A stretch of DNA of 55,351 bases from IMG/VR virus record IMGVR_UViG_3300033146_005641, positions 1-55,351 of that record; one strand, given 5' to 3'. The stretch comes from a virus. Its lineage: Duplodnaviria > Heunggongvirae > Uroviricota > Caudoviricetes. The position numbers were made by a program, and so were the translations under genes. This document shows, piece by piece, positions 54,215 to 55,351 of the stretch (positions are counted from its first letter, which is position 1; the number at the start of each line of letters is the position of its first letter). Under the pieces are notes generated by a model. It ran no database searches. It worked only from the letters and a program-made list of their open reading frames with translations, and was not told where the DNA came from.

Positions 54215-55156
54215 CTATTGTATCTCGAACCTATATAATAGTTTTTTACTAGAGGATAGATCACTTTGAGGATTTTCTACTAAACCGAATCTATTATATA
54301 AAAACATACTAAAATCACCTGAATCTGGATTAATAATGTCTTGGATCTCATATTGATATGGCGCAAAGATTAGAGAACTATATCCTATTTCTTTAGATTT
54401 TAAACCTACATAACAATAGTCTTTATCATTTGAGCTATTAGAGTTTTCATAGTCATTACTAAAATCATTATTAAATTGATTTCTATTCGGCGAAATAGGG
54501 TTAATATAGAAATCGGTTCTACCATATCTTCCTACAAAATACGTGCTATTATTATCTTTATTATCTAGTACAAAAGAAGCGGTACCTAGAAAAGCCTCAG
54601 CCCATTTAGCAGGAAGGATACAAAAACTATCTAAGGTTTTAAAAGATTTTGAATTCATTTCTATGACACATTCGGCTACTTTCATAGATATTTGAGATGT
54701 AATCCATCCTGTATTGGTAGAATTAATCGCTAAGATAGATTTAGATATAGAGTTATTTCTCAAATAGTCTATTAAATAAAAATTTTCTTGATCATCTGAA
54801 ATACCTCTAAGAATAGAGGCGGCTTTTTTAGAACTATCATCTTTAAACATTCGTATTATATCTTGCCATGCCTCTCTCGTGAATCCTGTAGGTATTTTAA
54901 TATTTTGAGTATATATATCTTTTCTTAAAATTTCAAAATTAGTTGTATCTGGATTTCTAAATGTAGTGAAGAAGCTTCCCCAGGTACTATCTAACGGAAA
55001 TACTTCACATACAGAATACATCAGACTATTATTATATTTTTCATCTATTAAGCGAGATAAAATATCTTGTGTACTAGCAATATCAAAAGAATTTGTACCT
55101 TCCGTAAGGTCGATTCCTGAATTTTTTTTAATTATCTCTAGGCTATTTTCTTCCAA
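54215..55156 (-). CDS. Second gp23-like capsid paralogue
   Basis: T.EA.QD, YVG.K, LIFAPY, NPDSG......RFGL.ENP; TATAAATA at 55174..55181. Confidence 0.65.
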   Translation of the reverse strand: MEENSLEIIKKNSGIDLTEGTNSFDIASTQDILSRLIDEKYNNSLMYSVCEVFPLDSTWGSFFTTFRNPDTTNFEILRKDIYTQNIKIPTGFTREAWQDIIRMFKDDSSKKAASILRGISDDQENFYLIDYLRNNSISKSILAINSTNTGWITSQISMKVAECVIEMNSKSFKTLDSFCILPAKWAEAFLGTASFVLDNKDNNSTYFVGRYGRTDFYINPISPNRNQFNNDFSNDYENSNSSNDKDYCYVGLKSKEIGYSSLIFAPYQYEIQDIINPDSGDFSMFLYNRFGLVENPQSDLSSSKKLLYRFEIQ

Positions 55157-55230
55157 GTTTTCTCCTTACTAATTATTTATATATTTTTAAGTTAAATTAC
55201 TATATAATATAATAATAAAAAGGAGTTGTG

Positions 55231-55351
55231 ATGTATAGTATTAGTGAGGAGGAGTGGAATAAAGTTTTAAAAAGATTTAAAAATAAATCTAAAGAGATTG
55301 ATCTTTTAGAGAAAGAAATTTTAGAGTTAAATAAAAAACTAGAAAAACAAG
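55231..55351 (+). CDS. Hypothetical protein, 3'-partial
   Basis: TTTAAG-N11-TATAAT at 55186, AAGGAG RBS, frame open to the window end. Confidence 0.6.
   Translation, partial: MYSISEEEWNKVLKRFKNKSKEIDLLEKEILELNKKLEKQ

Overview
A very AT-rich segment of a large T4-like (myovirus-type) dsDNA bacteriophage. The host is probably a Campylobacterota (epsilon-proteobacterium), judged from the tmRNA tag VNNTDYTPAAQVA, the QueE and ThyX type and TTTAAG/TATAAT promoters. From left to right it has: (i) an early accessory region with 21-aa LRR-like repeat genes, a HExxH-peptidase/VWA plus MoxR AAA+ pair and many small ORFs; (ii) nucleotide metabolism and replication genes (thyX, nrdAB, ligase, a 7-deazaguanine cluster with QueC/QueE/TGT-fold plus deoxyribosyltransferase-, nucleotidase- and kinase-like genes, dUTPase, family B polymerase); (iii) an array of 25 tRNAs covering all 20 amino acids, interleaved with unusual structured RNAs, plus a tmRNA; (iv) a capsid-like gene, ferritin-like gene, clamp loader and helicase; (v) a minus-strand tail-fibre/receptor-binding module. 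The main unexplained signal is that about 20 reading frames, mostly unrelated to each other, end in the same C-terminal motif (helix-[FYH]-P-Q-Y-F-I-stop). In eight cases this is welded at a fixed distance to a TTTAAG-N11-TATAAT promoter/RBS cassette. Other highlights are a modular variable LRR family, two copies of a double-T-loop tRNA-mimic RNA and a 48-nt CCA-ended mini-tRNA. All calls are by eye with no database searches. Several +/-1 homopolymer frameshifts in accessory genes could be sequencing errors.
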